Shown here: positions 12,805 through 27,747 of the stretch, piece after piece
Layout of the letters: the number at the start of each line of letters is the position of its first letter
How positions within the stretch are numbered: the stretch's first letter is position 1
Source of the DNA: Octopus vulgaris
Lineage: Eukaryota
Assembly (NCBI GenBank): GCA_951406725.2
Contig: OX597817.1
Coordinates: 79,546,001-79,610,000, forward strand
DNA length: 64,000 nt
Reading direction: 5' to 3'
Position numbers and translations under genes: made by a program
Notes under the pieces: generated by a model
Seen by the model: the letters and a program-made list of their open reading frames with translations, nothing else
Told to the model about the DNA's origin: nothing
The model's database searches: none

Positions 12805-12897
12805 TCAATAATAATAGTCATAGTAATAATGAATATAATAATAATAATAATAATGATGATGATGATGATAATAGTAATAATAATAATAATAATAATA

Positions 12898-12941
<44 letters not shown>

Positions 12942-12954
12942 AGTAATAATAATG

Positions 12955-12988
<34 letters not shown>

Positions 12989-13002
12989 TGATGATGATGA
13001 TG

Positions 13003-13045
<43 letters not shown>

Positions 13046-13059
13046 TGATGATGATGATA

Positions 13060-13100
<41 letters not shown>

Positions 13101-13118
13101 AGTAATAATAATAATAAT
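12805..13118. repeat. compound (AAT)n/(GAT)n microsatellite with higher-order unit
   Basis: (AAT)n(GAT)n-AGT blocks are repeated four times. Confidence 0.9.
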
Positions 13119-13148
13119 TGACAATAATATAAATTGCTTCCAATGCAG

Positions 13149-13224
13149 CTGGGAATCCGTTGTTGCATTTTGTAATAGCAGCAGGTGCAAACACTGGCTC
13201 AACTGTTTTCAAGAATCAAGGATC
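13149..13224 (+). CDS. weak candidate exon GNPLLHFVIAAGANTGSTVFKNQG
   Basis: Acceptor ttccaatgcag|, weak donor ATC|gtaaaa. Phase 1 to phase 2 bridges the neighbouring candidates. Confidence 0.2.
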
Positions 13225-13327
13225 GTAAAAAAACTAAATAAATGAAATAAAAGAAAAAATATTGGAATAAAATGAGTATGAAAAATGGTAAGAGGAACTA
13301 TAAAAAAAAATGTACACACACACACAC

Positions 13328-13365
<38 letters not shown>

Positions 13366-13379
13366 ATACATACATAATA

Positions 13380-13545
13380 GGTGCAGGCATGGCTGTGTGG
13401 TAAGAAGCTTGCTTCCCAACCACATGGTTCAGTGTTCAGTCCCACTGCGTGGCACCTTACCCAAGTGTCTTCTGCTGTAGCCTTGGGCCAACCAAAGCTG
13501 TATGACTGGATTTGGTTGATGGAAATTAAAAGAAGCCCATCGTAT
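13380..13545 (+). mobile_element. SINE family B 5' part
   Basis: tRNA-like head TGGCTGTGTGGTAAG...GTTCAGTCCC. Confidence 0.8.
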
Positions 13546-13825
13546 ATATGGCTGAATTAAATGCTAAAATATTAAGATGATTGTAATAGCTTTAGTGACA
13601 ACCAAGAGAAAAGCTTCCAATATTTTCAAGTATGAAGCAAATAGTCTCAGCTGCTTATTCCACCTAATTTTGAGGAAAATTTGATTCCTATTTCTAGCAT
13701 GTTAAGGGACCAATTAGAGGCTTCATCATTGGCTTGTTTCAGTCTGGTTATGAGTATGAGGGTCTTAGAAAATATGAAAGGACAGAGACAAATGAGTGAG
13801 TGATAATTTGAGTTGGATGGTTAAA

Positions 13826-14135
13826 ATGGCAAGCTGGCAGAATTGTTAGCATGCCAGGCAAAATACTTAGTGGTATTTCATCTGCCGTTACGTTCTGAGT
13901 TCAAATTCCGCCGAGGTCAACTTTGCCTTTCATCCTTTCAGGGTCGATAAATTAAGTACCACTTACGTACTAGGGTCAATGTAATTGACTTAATCCGTTT
14001 GTCTGTCCTTGTTTGTCCCCTCTGTGTTTAGACCTTTGTGGGTAGTAAAGAAATAGGTATTTCGTCTGCCTTTGTATTCTGAGTTCAAATTCGTCTGAGG
14101 CCGACTTTGTACTTTTTTTTTTCAGGGTCAATAAA
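13826..14135 (+). mobile_element. SINE family A with partial tandem duplication
   Basis: GCTGGCAGAA...GAGTTCAAATTCC (B box) followed by GCCTTTCATCCTTTCAGGGTCGATAAA (Meta-domain-like). Confidence 0.85.
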
Positions 14136-15569
14136 ATACTGTATTTTAACATGTATAAGGAACCCTTTTATGTCAAAGATTAGGTTTAAAAAATATGGGA
14201 GTTTCTTATACATGGATAGTATTATAATTATCATCCTCATTCAGTGTTTTAAATCCAGGTTTTGTCCCCATTAACAGAGGTGGCCGGATTTACCTCAGTG
14301 CCATAGCAACTGCCCTCACACCATCTTGCCATCTTGCCATCTTGCCCAGTTTTGGGCATCCTCTCTTCTCAAGCCAACCCTCCCAATCTCCTCCACCTGT
14401 CCACTCCACATTTCTTTGATCTACCTCGCTTTCGTGGTCCATTTACCTCAAACTCAAGCACCCTCCTCAGAACATGCTCGCTTACAAAACCTTTTTTCCA
14501 AATTTTAAACACCAAAAATTAGAGGTTTCTTTATACAGGTTAAGATACGGTAAGTACCATTTCAGCCCTGGAGTTGTTGTAATTGACTTACCTGCTCCAC
14601 TGAAATTATTGGCCTTGTGTTAAAATTTGAGTTTGATGGAGTGGAGCATGTAAAAAGGAAGTTGAGTGAGGGTGGGAAGGGAGTGGAGGTAGAACTGGTA
14701 TGAGAAGGGAGTATCATTTAGACAGATAGAGAGAGAGAGAGAGAAAGAGAGAGAGATGGTTGGGTGGAGAAGTTGTTAAGGTTTGAAGGAAGAACACAAG
14801 AAAAATAAGTGAAATAACCAATAGAAGAAAATCAAGAGAAGGAGAGGTGAATGGATATGAATGAAAAAAAGGGAGGAGGGATGTGAAGAAAGAAGACAGG
14901 GAAGAGGAAAGGACAAAAGATTGTTAGATTCAGTATGAGGGTGGGAGGAACACTATAAGTGAATGAATGAGTGAATGAGAAGGGAGATTCTAAGAAAGAG
15001 AGAGGGAACCAGGAGATGGATAGGAGTGAGGGGTGGCAGACAGATAGTGATGTAGAGAAGTAGGAGGTGAGTATTGGTGGAAGGAGATGATCAATAGAGT
15101 GAGAGATAGAAGAAAGTGAATGTGGGTATGAGTGAGAGTGATCTGTGTGAGACAGAGACAGAAGCAGAGCAGTGAGAAAAGAGGAAGAGGAGGAAAGAAG
15201 GAGAGAAGGAAGAAAAGGAAATAAATAAGGCTGTTTAAGATACAGAGATGAGTAGCAGAGAGAGAGAAGGCAGCATTACAAAGACGTTGAGAAGGAAAGG
15301 AAACATACTATGAGAATGAGAGAGAAGTGAAAAAAAGAAAAACAAAAGGGGGGGGGAGAAAAAGTGAACGAAAGAAAGAAACATCAGGGAAATGGGAAGG
15401 AATAGAGGCCCCGGAAACACTTTAAGAATTGTGTATTTGTAATCATTTAATAGGGGAAGTAGAAATATTGTAAAAATAAACAAAAGAGTAAACAAATAAG
15501 ATGAACTATATATAAAATAAGTAAAATAAGGAATAAATTTGAGCATACTTACACACAGAGGCATGTGTT

Positions 15570-15610
<41 letters not shown>

Positions 15611-15627
15611 ATATATATATTTGTGTT

Positions 15628-15658
<31 letters not shown>

Positions 15659-15912
15659 TTACATGAACAAATATGCACACATGCATACTTCAATGTAATG
15701 TATATACATGTATACATATATACATATCTCTATATATCTCTCTACATATATATAAATGTAGATAGATATCGGCATATGATATATATATGTATATATATAT
15801 GTGTATTTATATATATGTATGTGTATGTATATATATATATATATATATGCCGATATCTATCTACATTTATATATATATTGTATATATATATATATATATA
15901 CATATATATATG

Positions 15913-15945
<33 letters not shown>

Positions 15946-15946
15946 G

Positions 15947-16017
<71 letters not shown>

Positions 16018-16103
16018 GTATATATATGTGTATATATGTATGTATTGTATGTATCCCTGTATAGATACCTAAGTGTGTGTATGCGTATATATACAGAGCC
16101 ACA

Positions 16104-16143
<40 letters not shown>

Positions 16144-16976
16144 ACAAATTGGGATAAAAAATAGCCAAAATCCCACAGTCCTTATCAGCAATATATCAAT
16201 ATCAACAAAATAATTATTTCGGAAGAGAAAAAATAAATGCAAATAGAAAAAAAAACATTATTTTAAAGAATTTGAAAGGAAATTATGAAAAATATAAATT
16301 AAGAAAAAACACAATGTTACAAGAATATTAAGAAAAACATTTATAGTGAATAAAAGAAATTTAGATTAGCTCCTTTCAAAATTGGTAGGAAAATATATAG
16401 AAGTGACATAAAACTAAATTATAAGAAAATGTATTGATAATTGCAATTATTAATGACATGTACACACATGTAAATGTAAACATACAAATACATACATATA
16501 TATATATATACATATATATACATATATATACACATATATATATATATTTGCATGTGTGTACATCATTAATATATATATATGTAGATACATGTGGTCACAT
16601 GGTAACACATATTCTGAACCTTATTTCACCCACTGCATGTGTATAATAAGCCCTATTAATGATTTGAAAAAGCGTACAAATTATGTGTATGAGTGTGTGT
16701 TTGTGTCTGTATATAAATATATTTATATATATATATATAGATAGATAGATATGCCTGTGTATATGTATGCATATGTGTTGATAGATAGATGGATAGATAG
16801 ATAGATATGATAGACAGTTAAATATGCTTGTATGTATGTGCGTATTTCTTATAGTTTGGGAATCCTCAAAACAGACAGAATCCTTGTAATTGACCCATGT
16901 ATACAGCGAACACATCCATTCATAATAATATAAGCTTATATGCATGTGTATATAGGTACATATGCATGTGTGCATC

Positions 16977-17016
<40 letters not shown>

Positions 17017-17717
17017 TACAAGTACATACTTATATATACACATATATAGATATCTACATGTATCATGTATTATAGATATGTGAGTGTGTATATGTGTATA
17101 CATATGCATGATAAATAAACAAGCTTAAATAAATTAAACAAATACAAAAGCATCGACAACAACACTTTTATTGAAATTTGAGAAAAATATAAAAAATAAC
17201 GTATATATACATAGATATATATATATACATATTTATATATATGTGTATATACATATATGTATACATAAAAAGGAGAATACATTCACACACCTTGAAAAGA
17301 TTACATGCCCTGGGCAGGTAGAATTTAAAGAAATCTATAAGTTATATAGTTCACAGCATTTCTTGAATGAGGTTTCGAACTTTCATGGGAAGTAGTGCTT
17401 GTTGGGTAGGAGCTTATTTTTTTGTATTTTTTTTGTGTTGCTTTGTTTTTTTTGTAAATTGTATTATCTTTTTAATATATTTTTAATCTTGTTTGTTTTC
17501 TCGCATTTTACTTTTGTCATTTCTTTTTTTTTTAAATGTTTTGTTTTCAAACTGTTTAAGAGAATGTTGTGAATGGAACATTATGGAATGGCATGGGAGA
17601 AATCTGTGTGTAAGGAAGTAAGAGACAAGGGCTGGTGTGAAAACGTGTGCTTTCAGAGGGATGGCACGAAATGGAGAATTATAATATATATGCATGTATA
17701 TGTCATATATATATATA

Positions 17718-17806
<89 letters not shown>

Positions 17807-17871
17807 TATATTATTATATATATATAAATAATATATATATATATGATAATATATATATATGTATATGTATA

Positions 17872-18003
<132 letters not shown>

Positions 18004-18389
18004 GTCCATACGTATATATATGTCTGTGTAATTATGTACATACATAAATGTATATAGAAGAGAATCAAATAAGGTAATGAAGTGAAATAACTAAAAATTG
18101 AAAAGGGTTTTTTTCCCCACCCTGTTGTAAGCACTTCTCCATAATCACTAATACTACCCCCAATGAAAAGCACCACCAACACCACCACTGCTGCTTCCAC
18201 CACTGCCAGAAACACTCATGCAGTTTTATAAACAAAAATATATTTTGCCTAACATGTTGATTATATTGATGATAATATCTGTGGTGATAGTGACAGTGAA
18301 ACTGATATCGATAACAATTCATTATTGTATTGGCACAAATTGAAACTTTTATACAGTCAATTTCTTGATTCGATGTATGCAGTCAATTT

Positions 18390-18740
18390 AGTGAAAGTAC
18401 ATGGCTCAGTGGTTAGAGTGTTAGGCTCGTAATCACGAGGTAGTGAGTTTGATTCCCAGACCAGGCTGTGTATTGTTATTGAGCAAGACACATTCTATTC
18501 ATGTTGCTCCAGTTCTCTCAGCTGCAGAAGTGAGTTGCAACATCACTGGTGCCAAGCTGTATCAGCCTTTGCCTTTCCTTTGGATAACATGGTTGGAGTG
18601 GAGAAGGGAGGCTGGTATGCATGGATAACTCTTTGTCTTCCATAAACAGCCTTGCCCGAACTTGTGCCTGGGAAGATAACTTTCTAGGTGCAATCCCATC
18701 GTCATTCATGACCAAAGCAGGTTTTTACCCTTTTTACCCT
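18390..18740 (+). mobile_element. tRNA-derived SINE (family C variant)
   Basis: tRNA head TGGCTCAGTGG/GAGTTTGATTCC. An inverted relative lies at 20925-21265. Confidence 0.8.
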
Positions 18741-20102
18741 TTATACAATCAATTTAATGGACCAATTTTCTCTTGCATGTGTTACTGATTAATATGCTAT
18801 CAATACAAATTTAAATTCATTATCATCATATAACGTCTGTTGTCCATGCTGGATTGCATTGGATGGTTTGATTGGGCTGGCACACTGGAAGGCTGCGCCA
18901 GGCTCCAGTCTGATTTGGCATGGTTTTCTACAGCTGGTTGCCCTTCCCAACGTCAACCACTCTGAGAGTGTAATGGGTGTTTTTATGTGCCACTGGCAAC
19001 GGGTGCCATTTACATGACCCTGGTATCTGCCACGACTGCGATTTTGCTTAGCTTGATGGGTCTTCTTCACAAGCATGACATAATGCCAAAGGTCTTGGTC
19101 ATTGCCACTGTAAGGTGCAACGCTTGAAAGAAACACATCCACTTTGCCCCATGGGGCCCAATGCTCAAAAGGTACTTACCACTGTGAGGCCCAACACTCG
19201 AAAGGAACTCAGCCACTTGCCTCGATGAGACCCAACGCTCAAAGGAACTCAGCCACTTACCTCCATGGGGCCCAAATAAGTAAATTATACATTCATCTCT
19301 ATTGGCCACAGTATATTATTGTACTGATATATGAATCTCAGAAGAATTAAAGCCAAATTCAACCAAACTGTAATAGTATTTCATCTCAGAATAAAAGATT
19401 AAGTTAAATCCTATTTAGCATATTTGTCTGGGTTTCTGGGTTTCAGATAATCTGATACTTTTTAACAGCATTAATTATTGACTCTCATTCTAAGTGACAT
19501 TTAAGGCAGAAAGCTGGCAGAATCAATAATGCTCCAGGCAAGATGCTTAGTGGCATTTCATCCATCTTTATGGTCTGGGTTCAAATTCTGTCCAGGTCAA
19601 CTTTCCCTTACATCCTTTCGGGTTGATAAAATAGTTCCAGTTGAGTACTAGTGACAATGTAACCAACTTGCCTCTGACCAAAAATTGCTGGCCTTACACC
19701 AAAATTTGAAACTAGTCTAAGAGATGCTTAAATTGTCTCTTTGTACTGTACTGGATACCTAAAGTACTGTGTAGTTCATATATTCCCAGGAGAGGAGCTC
19801 CTATTCACTCGTCCTGTCCACCTTACATTTGTTAAAAAGAATTTTATCCCTGGAGTAATTTCTGTATTTATTTAATTTTGTCCTTAACTATTTACCATTC
19901 CTGTTCACTCTCATTCTCATCATCACTGGATGATAGGATAGTTGTGCTGCTCAGACCAAGCAGTTGAGATCTCTGATTTGAGTTCATTGCACTGATTAAC
20001 AAGTTGTGCAGCCATTAGTGCTCTGAAAATTACCGTTTCTGTGATCCATGGTTATTGTTGCTACCGCTACTTTTTCTTATTTTTCTCTTTTCCCTCTTTC
20101 AG

Positions 20103-20162
20103 CTGCTTTGAACAGAACACACTTAAATGGCTCTTACTGTCACATGCTGATAAGAGACTAAG
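20103..20162 (+). CDS. candidate 60-bp exon CFEQNTLKWLLLSHADKRL(R)
   Basis: Very strong acceptor ttttctcttttccctctttcag| and donor AAG|gtatgg. Only the phase-2 frame is open. Confidence 0.4.
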
Positions 20163-20581
20163 GTATGGATGTTCCTACTTCTGTCATGCAGGGCTGCCTA
20201 GCAGGTATTTTCTCTGATAGATATTTCATTTTGAGAACCTCTACATTTGAGGAAGTTCCATCAAGAGAATGATGGATATAAACACTTCTCTACTTTCCAT
20301 TTTAGAATCATCATTCCTTCCATTTTTGTTGAAAGACATACATGTATGTTTCAATTTCCTTTTAACTGTTTTGGAACCAACCCACCTGAGACTTTTTTTG
20401 GTTCTATGATACAAGATTCATTTTAAAATGATATAAATGAAAAATCTTCCATCAAACTTCATATTAATCTTTGTTCCAAACAGCTTAATATTGAATCATA
20501 TTACTAAATTATTCCTAATCCTCTTCATCATCATCATTGTCATCAACACCAAATTCATTGTAGTCATCATCATCGTCATCG

Positions 20582-20612
<31 letters not shown>

Positions 20613-20924
20613 CATAATCATCATTACCATCATCATGTAAAATCCATATTTCGTGCTAGCATGGTGACAAGGACTAGCAGAAATATGAGAACAAAAAGGT
20701 TAATTTACCACCATGCCACCATGTTCTGGTTTCTATTGTTGATCACAATATTTATTTTATTCCCCCACCCCACCCCCGGAAGAATCAAAGGAGAATTCAA
20801 CCTCAGTGGAAGGAACTGAAACTCAGAAGGAAAAGGAGCACAACAAACAACATCAAGGAATTTGTCTATTTCTTTAGTGGTTTACACATTTCACCAATAT
20901 GTAACAACTTTTATTATAACAGAG

Positions 20925-21265
20925 CAAAGGGTAAAGACCCCTTTCAATCAAAACTGACCACAGGATTGCACCAAGAAAGTTATCCTCTGAGACACAAGTC
21001 CAGGCAAGATTGTTTATGGAAGACCAGCAGTGACTCATGCATACCAGCCTCTCCTCTAAATGCCTCCGATGTTATCCAAGGGAAAGGCAAAGGATGATAC
21101 TGCTTGGCACCAGTGATGTCATAACTCATTCCTACAGCTGAGTGAACAGGAACAATATGAAATAAAGTATCTCGCTCAAGCACACAACACACAGCCCAGT
21201 CTGGGAATCAAACTCATTACCTCATGATTGCGAGTCTGACACTCTAACCACTGAGAGATGCACCT
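20925..21265 (-). mobile_element. tRNA-derived SINE (family C variant)
   Basis: Reverse complement of 18390-18740. Confidence 0.8.
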
Positions 21266-21569
21266 ATTGTAATAGAACAACTCAAGTAATTCAGAAAAAT
21301 AAAGAAATATTATTCTTCAGCATCTGTAATAGATACTACATCCTTCACATCATTTACTTCTGGTATAAGTTAACTAATATAAAAAAAGCTAGCATCATTA
21401 TCTCTTGAATTAAAAATGAAATACAGGAATCAATAATCACTGTATTTTTTCTTTCCCTAAATTAAACAGGCCAATATCAAATTCTTTGCCAAATTGGAAA
21501 TTTCTTATGTGTTTCTACTTATCAAATTATAGTGTTAAACTGCAATTTTTTTAATCCTGTTATATTGTG

Positions 21570-22165
21570 CACACATGGCTATGTGGCTAAGAAACTTGCT
21601 TCTGAACCATGAGGTCTTGAGTTCAGTCCCACTGTGTGATGCCTTGGACAAATGTTATCTATGTTATTTGGTCAGCCCGGGGCTGATCAAATCCTTATGA
21701 GTAGATTTGGCAGACAGTAACTGAAAGAAGCTGAACATGTATATAGACGTAAGAGTGGCTGTGTGGTAAGTAGCTTGCTTATGAACCACATGGTTCTGGG
21801 TTCAGTCCCACTGTGTAGCACCTTGAGCAAGTGTCTTCTACTATAGCCTCTGGCTAACCAAAGCCTTGTGAGTGGATTTGGTAGACAGAAACTGAAAGAA
21901 GCCCGTCATATATATGTATATATGTGTGTGTATGTGTGTGCATATATGTCTGTGTGTTTGTGTTTGTCCCCCCCCCCCAACATCGCTTGATAACCGCTGC
22001 TGGTGTGTTTACGACCCCCGTAACTTAGCAGTTCGGCAAAAGAGACCTATAGAATAAGTACTAGGCTTACAAAGAATAAGTCCTGGGGCCAATTTGCTCG
22101 ACTAAAGGCAGTGCTCCAGCAGGGCCACAGTCAAATAACTGAAACAAGTAAAAGAGTAAAAGAAT
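21570..22165 (+). mobile_element. SINE family B: truncated copy followed by full-length copy
   Basis: tRNA head, CORE-like ACCTTGAGCAAGT, internal (TG)n, and 3' CTGAAACAAGTAAAAGAGTAAAAGA. Confidence 0.85.
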
Positions 22166-22959
22166 ATGTATATATTGTGTTTAAATTTTATTTAAGTTGT
22201 TCCAAAGAGAATTAAAACCAGTTGCTAACAAAGCGACAAATCTTTTTGAATTAAGAGATTTCCTGTTGTTTGTAAACATGTGGTTTGGTTGGCATATTGG
22301 TTGAGCTGAATATGATGTCTTTCTTTTTTTTTAGGCTTTATTTTTTATCATATATCTTTTACTTGTTTCAGTAATTAAATTGTGGCCATGCTGAGGTACC
22401 ACCTTGAAGAATTTTAGTCAAATGAACTAATCTGAGTTGTTATTTCTTTGTTTTAATCCTAGTACTTAATCTATTAATAGTGAAGGTGTGTGGCCCAGTG
22501 GTTAGGCTGTTGTACTCACAATTACTAGACCGTGAGTTCAATTCCCAGACTGGGTGGTAGGGTGTGTTCTTGAGCAAACCACTTGATTTCACATTGTTCC
22601 ATTTTCCCTTTCTTTTCAATCATGAGGTGCAATGTCGGACTGCATGCATAGCCAGTGAGGTGGCATCATTTGAATGCTAAAACAATGCAAAGGCATATTA
22701 TGACCAGCGATGTGTAACAACATCTGATAGCCTGGTCAATCACATGTGTGTGCGTGTGTGTCTTTGACTTAATCTATTGATGTCTTTTCCTGGAGACATG
22801 AAAACACCAGCATTGGTTGTCAAGTGGTGGTGGAGGAAAACACATACAGGCACATGAGTGGTCAAGATCGCCAAATTTCCCCAAAGAGGAGAATTAATAA
22901 TGCGCTTAAATTTTGAGACAAGGTCAACAAATTTGTAGTAAGAGCTAAATCAAAAACAT

Positions 22960-23630
22960 TTATTCCTTTATTGCCAACAGGGAGTGGTGGCTAAACATAG
23001 AGGGGAGAAACAAGAACAGACAAAGGGATTAAGTCAATTACATCAACCCCAATACATAACTGGCGTTTATTTAATTGACCCCAAAAGGATGAAAGGCAAA
23101 GTCGACCTCGGCAGAGTTTGAACACGGAACATAATGGCAGATGAAATACCATTAGGCATTTTGCCCGCCATGCTAATGCTTCTTATTTCTTTATTGCCCA
23201 CAAGGGGCTAAACATAGAGGGGACAAACAAAGGGGTTAAGTCAATTACATCGATCCCTGTGCGTAACTGGTACTTAATTTATCAACTCCGAAAGGATGAA
23301 AGGCAAAGTCGCCTTCGGCAGAATTTGAACTCAGAACATAATAGCAGACAATATACCAATAAGCAGTTTGCCCAACATGTTAACATTTCTGCCTGCTCAC
23401 CACCTTTATTAAATCAATCAATTACATTGATCCAGGAACTCAACTGGTACTTATTGTATTGACTCCAAAAGGATGAAAGGCAAAGTCAACCTTGACAGAA
23501 TTTGAACTCAGAACATAAAGATGGACAAAATACTGCTAAACATTTTGCCCAATCTGCTAATGTTTCTGCCAACTTGTTGCTTTACAGAGAATTAAAAATA
23601 ATAATGATTTCTAATTGAAGCACAAGGCCA
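22960..23630 (-). mobile_element. tandem cluster of three SINE family A copies
   Basis: AAAGGATGAAAGGCAAAGTC occurs at ~23085, ~23291 and ~23468. Confidence 0.85.
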
Positions 23631-23828
23631 ACAATTGTAATAGCAGGGTGTTAGATGATGACACTAAGCTCCCACCTCATCCACCCCAGTACTTGGCTGG
23701 TACTTCTTTATTCTACTGAAAAGCCAAGGTGACCAAGGTGGTATTTGAACTCAGAATGTAAAGAATCAGGAAAAAAAATTTTCTGCTATGCGTTTCTTCT
23801 GACACTCCAAAAATCTGTCAAAATAATG

Positions 23829-23879
<51 letters not shown>

Positions 23880-23903
23880 GTAATAATAGTAATAATCATA
23901 ATA

Positions 23904-23959
<56 letters not shown>

Positions 23960-24016
23960 CATAAAAGAGAAAACCTTTCAGAGTCAAGGAACAGTTTGGA
24001 CAGGGTGAAGAGAGAG

Positions 24017-25033
24017 AAATGTGGTCTATAGTATAAGATGTATAGAGGGAAGATGCAGTAACAAGACAGTAACATACGTAGGGAAACTGCAAGAAGCATT
24101 GGTGAGCGGGTGAATGAACATTGGAGACAACTCAAGGAAGGTAAAAGCTCATCGATTCTGTACCAACACGCCGAACAAGAACACGGGGGATCAATCAATA
24201 ACATAGAGATTAAGATATTGTCCACACATAGAACAGATGCAACAATTAGACAAATTACAGAAGCTACACATATAATAGAAAATAAACCTAGCCTGAATAG
24301 AAAACTAGAATGGAGCAATAGCGCACACCACAACATATGACAATAGTGGATCCTGCAAACATAATAAATACACAGGTAATTAAAGAAATAGAAATGAATA
24401 TCTATATGTATGTATATGTGTATATATATGTATATGTATATGTGTATATGTGTGTGTATATATGTATATATATATATGTATATGTATATGTATGTATATA
24501 TATATATATGTATATGTATATTCTTTTTTTTTTTTTTTCTCGATTAGATTTATTATTATTATTACTAATATTGTTGTTATACATACATACAAGCATATGT
24601 AATGATAATAATGGGTGGATGTAAACACATGAACAAAATTAGAACAAAAGCAACAACAACAAAAACAAAATACAAATTACAAGAATGTATATAACCAGAA
24701 GATACAAATATTACAGACATCCCCCCCCCACACACACACTAAATAAACATAGACGCACATAGAGATATAAGCATGCGCAAATGAAGACATACAATAGAAA
24801 TACAAAATGGCTGACGGTTAGTAAGGAGAGACACAAGTAAGTGAGAAGAAAACAAAGGACCACTGATGCGGTCACAGGAGTGTGACGATAGAACTTTGGC
24901 CGAAATAAGATTAAGATTAATGTAAAAAATAAATATCACTGAAGCAAAATAACACCAAATATATAGTGCGTGTGTTTTTATTGGCTAAACTGGCAATATG
25001 ACCATTCCGAAATATAACAATAATAATAATAAT
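24017..25033 (+). mobile_element. 5'-truncated Penelope-like element (GIY-YIG C-terminus plus 3' region)
   Basis: NVVYSIRC...TYVG, then a frameshift, then [13 protein letters not shown]...[23 protein letters not shown] (24017-24340). Flanked by a 60-bp direct repeat. Confidence 0.85.
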
Positions 25034-25340
25034 AAACATAAAAGAGAAAAGATTTCAGAGTCAAGGAACAGTTTGGACAGGGTGAAGAGAGAGGAGTTGT
25101 TTTTATTGTTGTTGCTGGTGGTGGTGTTGGTGGTGGTGGCGGTGGTGGTGGTGGTGAGGTAAATGGAAAAAAAAACAATTAAAAAGCCAAACAGAAAATA
25201 TGATCCCTATGATATTTCCAAGGAGGAGCAAATGGTGGAAAAGAGGGAGAGAAAGAAGGCTATTTCAACAAATTTAGTCATTGGAAAATGTCGATAAAAG
25301 GTGAGCAACTCGAAAAATAATAACAACAACAACAAAACAA

Positions 25341-25438
<98 letters not shown>

Positions 25439-25463
25439 TGATGATGATGATAATAATGATAAC

Positions 25464-25494
<31 letters not shown>

Positions 25495-26026
25495 CTGGTT
25501 TGTCTCCATCAAGAAAGTCATCTGGCCGTTCCTTGTGTCCTTGGTCATTTCAGGCTATGTAGTGGTACCTGTCGGATATGCCACCAAGTGCATGTCTATC
25601 GTCAATGTATTCACTCTTGAGTTGTTCCATTATATACACCTGCATATATACATACATATACAATGCATAGGCATGCATACGTGCATACACTCTTATACAT
25701 ACATGCACCCAAAAATCTCTTGTGACTTAGTCATAACATATTTTCTTTTATTTTCTTTTGCCCCCACCAAACCCCACCGCATTGACACAAATACCCATGT
25801 TTGCATACATACACATATGGACACACGGACACACACATATAAACACTTTGCCTGTTCTCATATTTATCCTCCTTTTCTCCCTCTCTCTTCCTTACTACCC
25901 ACTCCTCTCTCACTCTCACATACACACATACAAATACATATATATATCATCATCATCATATATATACCTACACAGAAGTTTATATATAGATATACAAGTA
26001 TATACACACATAGAGAAACAAGTATA

Positions 26027-26072
<46 letters not shown>

Positions 26073-26222
26073 TATATATATATATGTATATATATCTTCA
26101 TCACCAGCTTGCCACTGACACAAAACCAACAATAAAAACACAAAAAAGAACATACCTAAAAAAACACATAAAAAACCCACAAAAAGATTGCATCTAGACA
26201 AATACACACATACCCATGTATA

Positions 26223-26258
<36 letters not shown>

Positions 26259-26376
26259 TATGTATATATGTATGTATATAAATATATATATATATATATA
26301 TACATACATATATATACATCCATATATATATACATATATATACATTTATATATATATATACATATATATACATATA

Positions 26377-26428
<52 letters not shown>

Positions 26429-26813
26429 GTCGCAGACACATACACTCACATATAAACATATATATCAATAATAACAAAAAAACTCTCACCCTGCTCAACA
26501 TTTTTTTATTTTTCATAATGTCCTTTTTTTCATTTTTTATCTCCATTTACTCTTCTCCATCTTTCTGAGCCTTTTACAGGCTTTTCATATTCCTACTTCA
26601 TATTTCATCCTTTGTACGTATATTTTTTATGCATTCATCTCATACGCTTTCATCCGTTGTATTTGTTTTCTGTGTTCACTTTTTTTTTTATTTTTTGCTT
26701 TTTATGTATCTTTATACATGACCATCAAGTCTGAGTACACACATATAGACAAATGTGTGACACATACATTTATGTACACCGTTGGAGGGTAGATACAGAG
26801 CTATATGTACATG

Positions 26814-26852
<39 letters not shown>

Positions 26853-26890
26853 TTTATATATACATATATATATATATACATATATATATA

Positions 26891-27016
<126 letters not shown>

Positions 27017-27407
27017 CGTGTGTATGTATGTATGTATGTCATCATGTCTGTTTGTGATCATGTACTTAATGACAATGCACTTAATGATCATCATCGTTTA
27101 ACGTATGTTTTCCATGCTGGCATGGGTTGGATAGTTCAACTGGGGTCTGGGAAGCCAAGAGGTTGCATTGAGCCCCAATCTGATCTAGCAGTGTTTCTAC
27201 AGCTGGATGCCCTTCCAACACAAGGGGCCAGAGGAGCTGGCATCAACCACGATTGGATGGGGCTTTCTATGAACAATTTGGTGTGCTTGTTTTGATGGCC
27301 TACTAATGTATACATCACATTTCTCTATCCTAGGTGTCAGGAAGACACTCAGCAAGAAATGGAAACAGAACTGAACGAAAATGCTAATGAAAATGATAAT
27401 AATAATG

Positions 27408-27458
<51 letters not shown>

Positions 27459-27693
27459 GCAACAGCAATAATGATAATAATCCTCTCTACTGTATGCATG
27501 AGGCCTGAAACGTGGGGGAGGAGACTAGTCAATTACATTGACCCCAGTATTTCACTGGTACTTAATTTATCAACTTTAGAAGGATGAAAAGCAAAGTCGA
27601 CTTGGGCTGAATTTGATCTTAGTATATAGCAACAGATGAAGTACTGCTAAGCATTTCATCCAGCATGCTAACGATTCTGCCAACTTGCCACCT

Positions 27694-27747
<54 letters not shown>

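Noticed and set aside
19130-19275. Short spaced repeats (CCCAAC.CTC.AAAGGAACTCAGCCACTT) superficially like CRISPR
   Set aside because: These are internal tandem repeats of retroposon family D, with no unique spacers or cas genes, in eukaryotic DNA.
25568-25639. Minus-strand exon-like VYIMEQLKSEYIDDRHALGGISDR
   Set aside because: The acceptor sits in a TA/TG repeat, and no partner exon or homology was found; support is insufficient.
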